Below are positions 63,237 through 64,000 of a stretch of DNA of 64,000 nucleotides, piece after piece (positions within the stretch are counted from its first letter, which is position 1; each line of letters begins with the position of its first letter). A program made the position numbers and the translations under genes. The notes beneath the pieces are model-generated. The model was not told where the DNA came from, searched no databases, and saw only the letters and a program-made list of their open reading frames with translations. This stretch comes from an uncultured delta proteobacterium. Lineage in GTDB: Bacteria; Desulfobacterota; Desulfobacteria; Desulfobacterales; B30-G6. Where the stretch lies: assembly GCA_963842925.1 (NCBI GenBank), contig CAWJIL010000009.1, positions 6,244-70,243 of the forward strand, given 5' to 3'.

Positions 63237-63590
63237 CTATTTATTTTTGAATTCTTCGATGAATTTAAGCAGAATCATCTGCTTCTTATCATTGATCTGT
63301 GAAAACCGGATGCCCGCAACATAGATGTCTTTGGTGCTTTCGTTGAGGAAAATGACCTCCCCTTCTATATCGACAAGTTCATCTTCGATACCGATGGTTA
63401 TGGAAATAGACGTTTGGGGGTCAAGGGGTTTGTAGGTCTCGAGCAATATGCCGTCTTCAGACACATTGAGCGTTCTGCCCATGCCCTGATGATATGGCTC
63501 GCCGTCTTCACCCCTACAGACAAAATTCAAAAGATTCGTCGATTCTACCCGTATGTGTCTTCGCTTATCGTTGTCATCCATCCTGTCCAC
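63237..63590 (-). CDS. PilZ-domain protein
   Basis: RRHIRV (RxxxR) and NVSEDG (N-x-S-x-x-G) motifs. Confidence 0.65.
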   Translation of the reverse strand: MDRMDDNDKRRHIRVESTNLLNFVCRGEDGEPYHQGMGRTLNVSEDGILLETYKPLDPQTSISITIGIEDELVDIEGEVIFLNESTKDIYVAGIRFSQINDKKQMILLKFIEEFKNK

Positions 63591-63637
63591 CTGTCCTTGG
63601 GATGATGCCGCCCATACCCGTCAGCCGATGCTGCCTG

Positions 63638-64000
63638 CTAGGTCATCAGCTCTCTCTGCCGATTGTTCAGTACCTTTGTTAAGGAATGCGTGCATGTCGC
63701 GATATTATCAATAAAATTTTTGAACGTGGTTGATATATTGTCGTATTCCTGTTGGAGGATATCCGGGTTCAAGGTCTGAATTTTCAGATCCTTGGAGGCC
63801 AGCACAGAAGCATATTCCGGTTCATGACCCAAATCTAAAAATGGAATATAACCAAAAAAATCATCTCGTTCCAGATGCGCCAAAGGCACAAAACCGTCTT
63901 CTGTTTTCTGAACCAGGGAGGCCTTGCCATGCTGGACGCGGAACAAGCGCTTCTCATCATCACCCTGTTCGACCACTTTCTGTCGATATTTTAGATAATC
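63638..64000 (-). CDS. cyclic-nucleotide-binding-like domain protein (5'-truncated by the window edge)
   Basis: The frame stays open to nt 64000 (upstream codons DYLKYRQK). Contains VEQGDD...LFRV..G and DDFFGYIPFL motifs. Confidence 0.5.
   Translation of the reverse strand, partial: DYLKYRQKVVEQGDDEKRLFRVQHGKASLVQKTEDGFVPLAHLERDDFFGYIPFLDLGHEPEYASVLASKDLKIQTLNPDILQQEYDNISTTFKNFIDNIATCTHSLTKVLNNRQRELMT

Overview
This window looks like chromosomal DNA from an anaerobic Desulfobacterota (deltaproteobacterium-type) genome; that assignment is inferred from gene content only. About 50 protein genes can be supported. No rRNA, tRNA, CRISPR array, transposase or integrase was recognised. All repeat alignments were made by eye and need computational confirmation.

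Main blocks:
1. Minus-strand block 28618 to 15212. A 2378-aa PUFA/polyketide-synthase-like megasynthase (KS-CLF-AT-2x FabA-type DH, with no ACP, KR or ER) is followed by a complete oleA-oleB-oleC-oleD olefin cassette. A stand-alone PocR ligand-binding protein is translationally coupled to oleD.
2. An acetate-utilisation and signalling locus. It holds an SSS-fused histidine kinase, a membrane-anchored DEDDh exonuclease, a cNMP-CBS-DUF294 nucleotidyltransferase, a CheY-like receiver, an SSS symporter with a DUF4212 subunit, and acetyl-CoA synthetase. It also contains a relic receiver gene and a duplicated upstream motif.
3. A module of ComEA, two four-helix-bundle (23S-IVS/Avd-like) proteins and an ERCC4/XPF-type nuclease.
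4. Housekeeping operons: xseA-xseB-ispA-dxs-tlyA, glmM, purC, an EF-G paralogue and an ABC transporter.

The most unusual property is the non-coding DNA. Almost every intergenic gap is filled by a mosaic of dispersed repeat modules. These include long imperfect hairpins with covarying stems, a twin-hairpin 3' motif that embeds stop codons, and an ~82-nt tandem array. Many hairpin arms are built from 7-8-nt 'words'.
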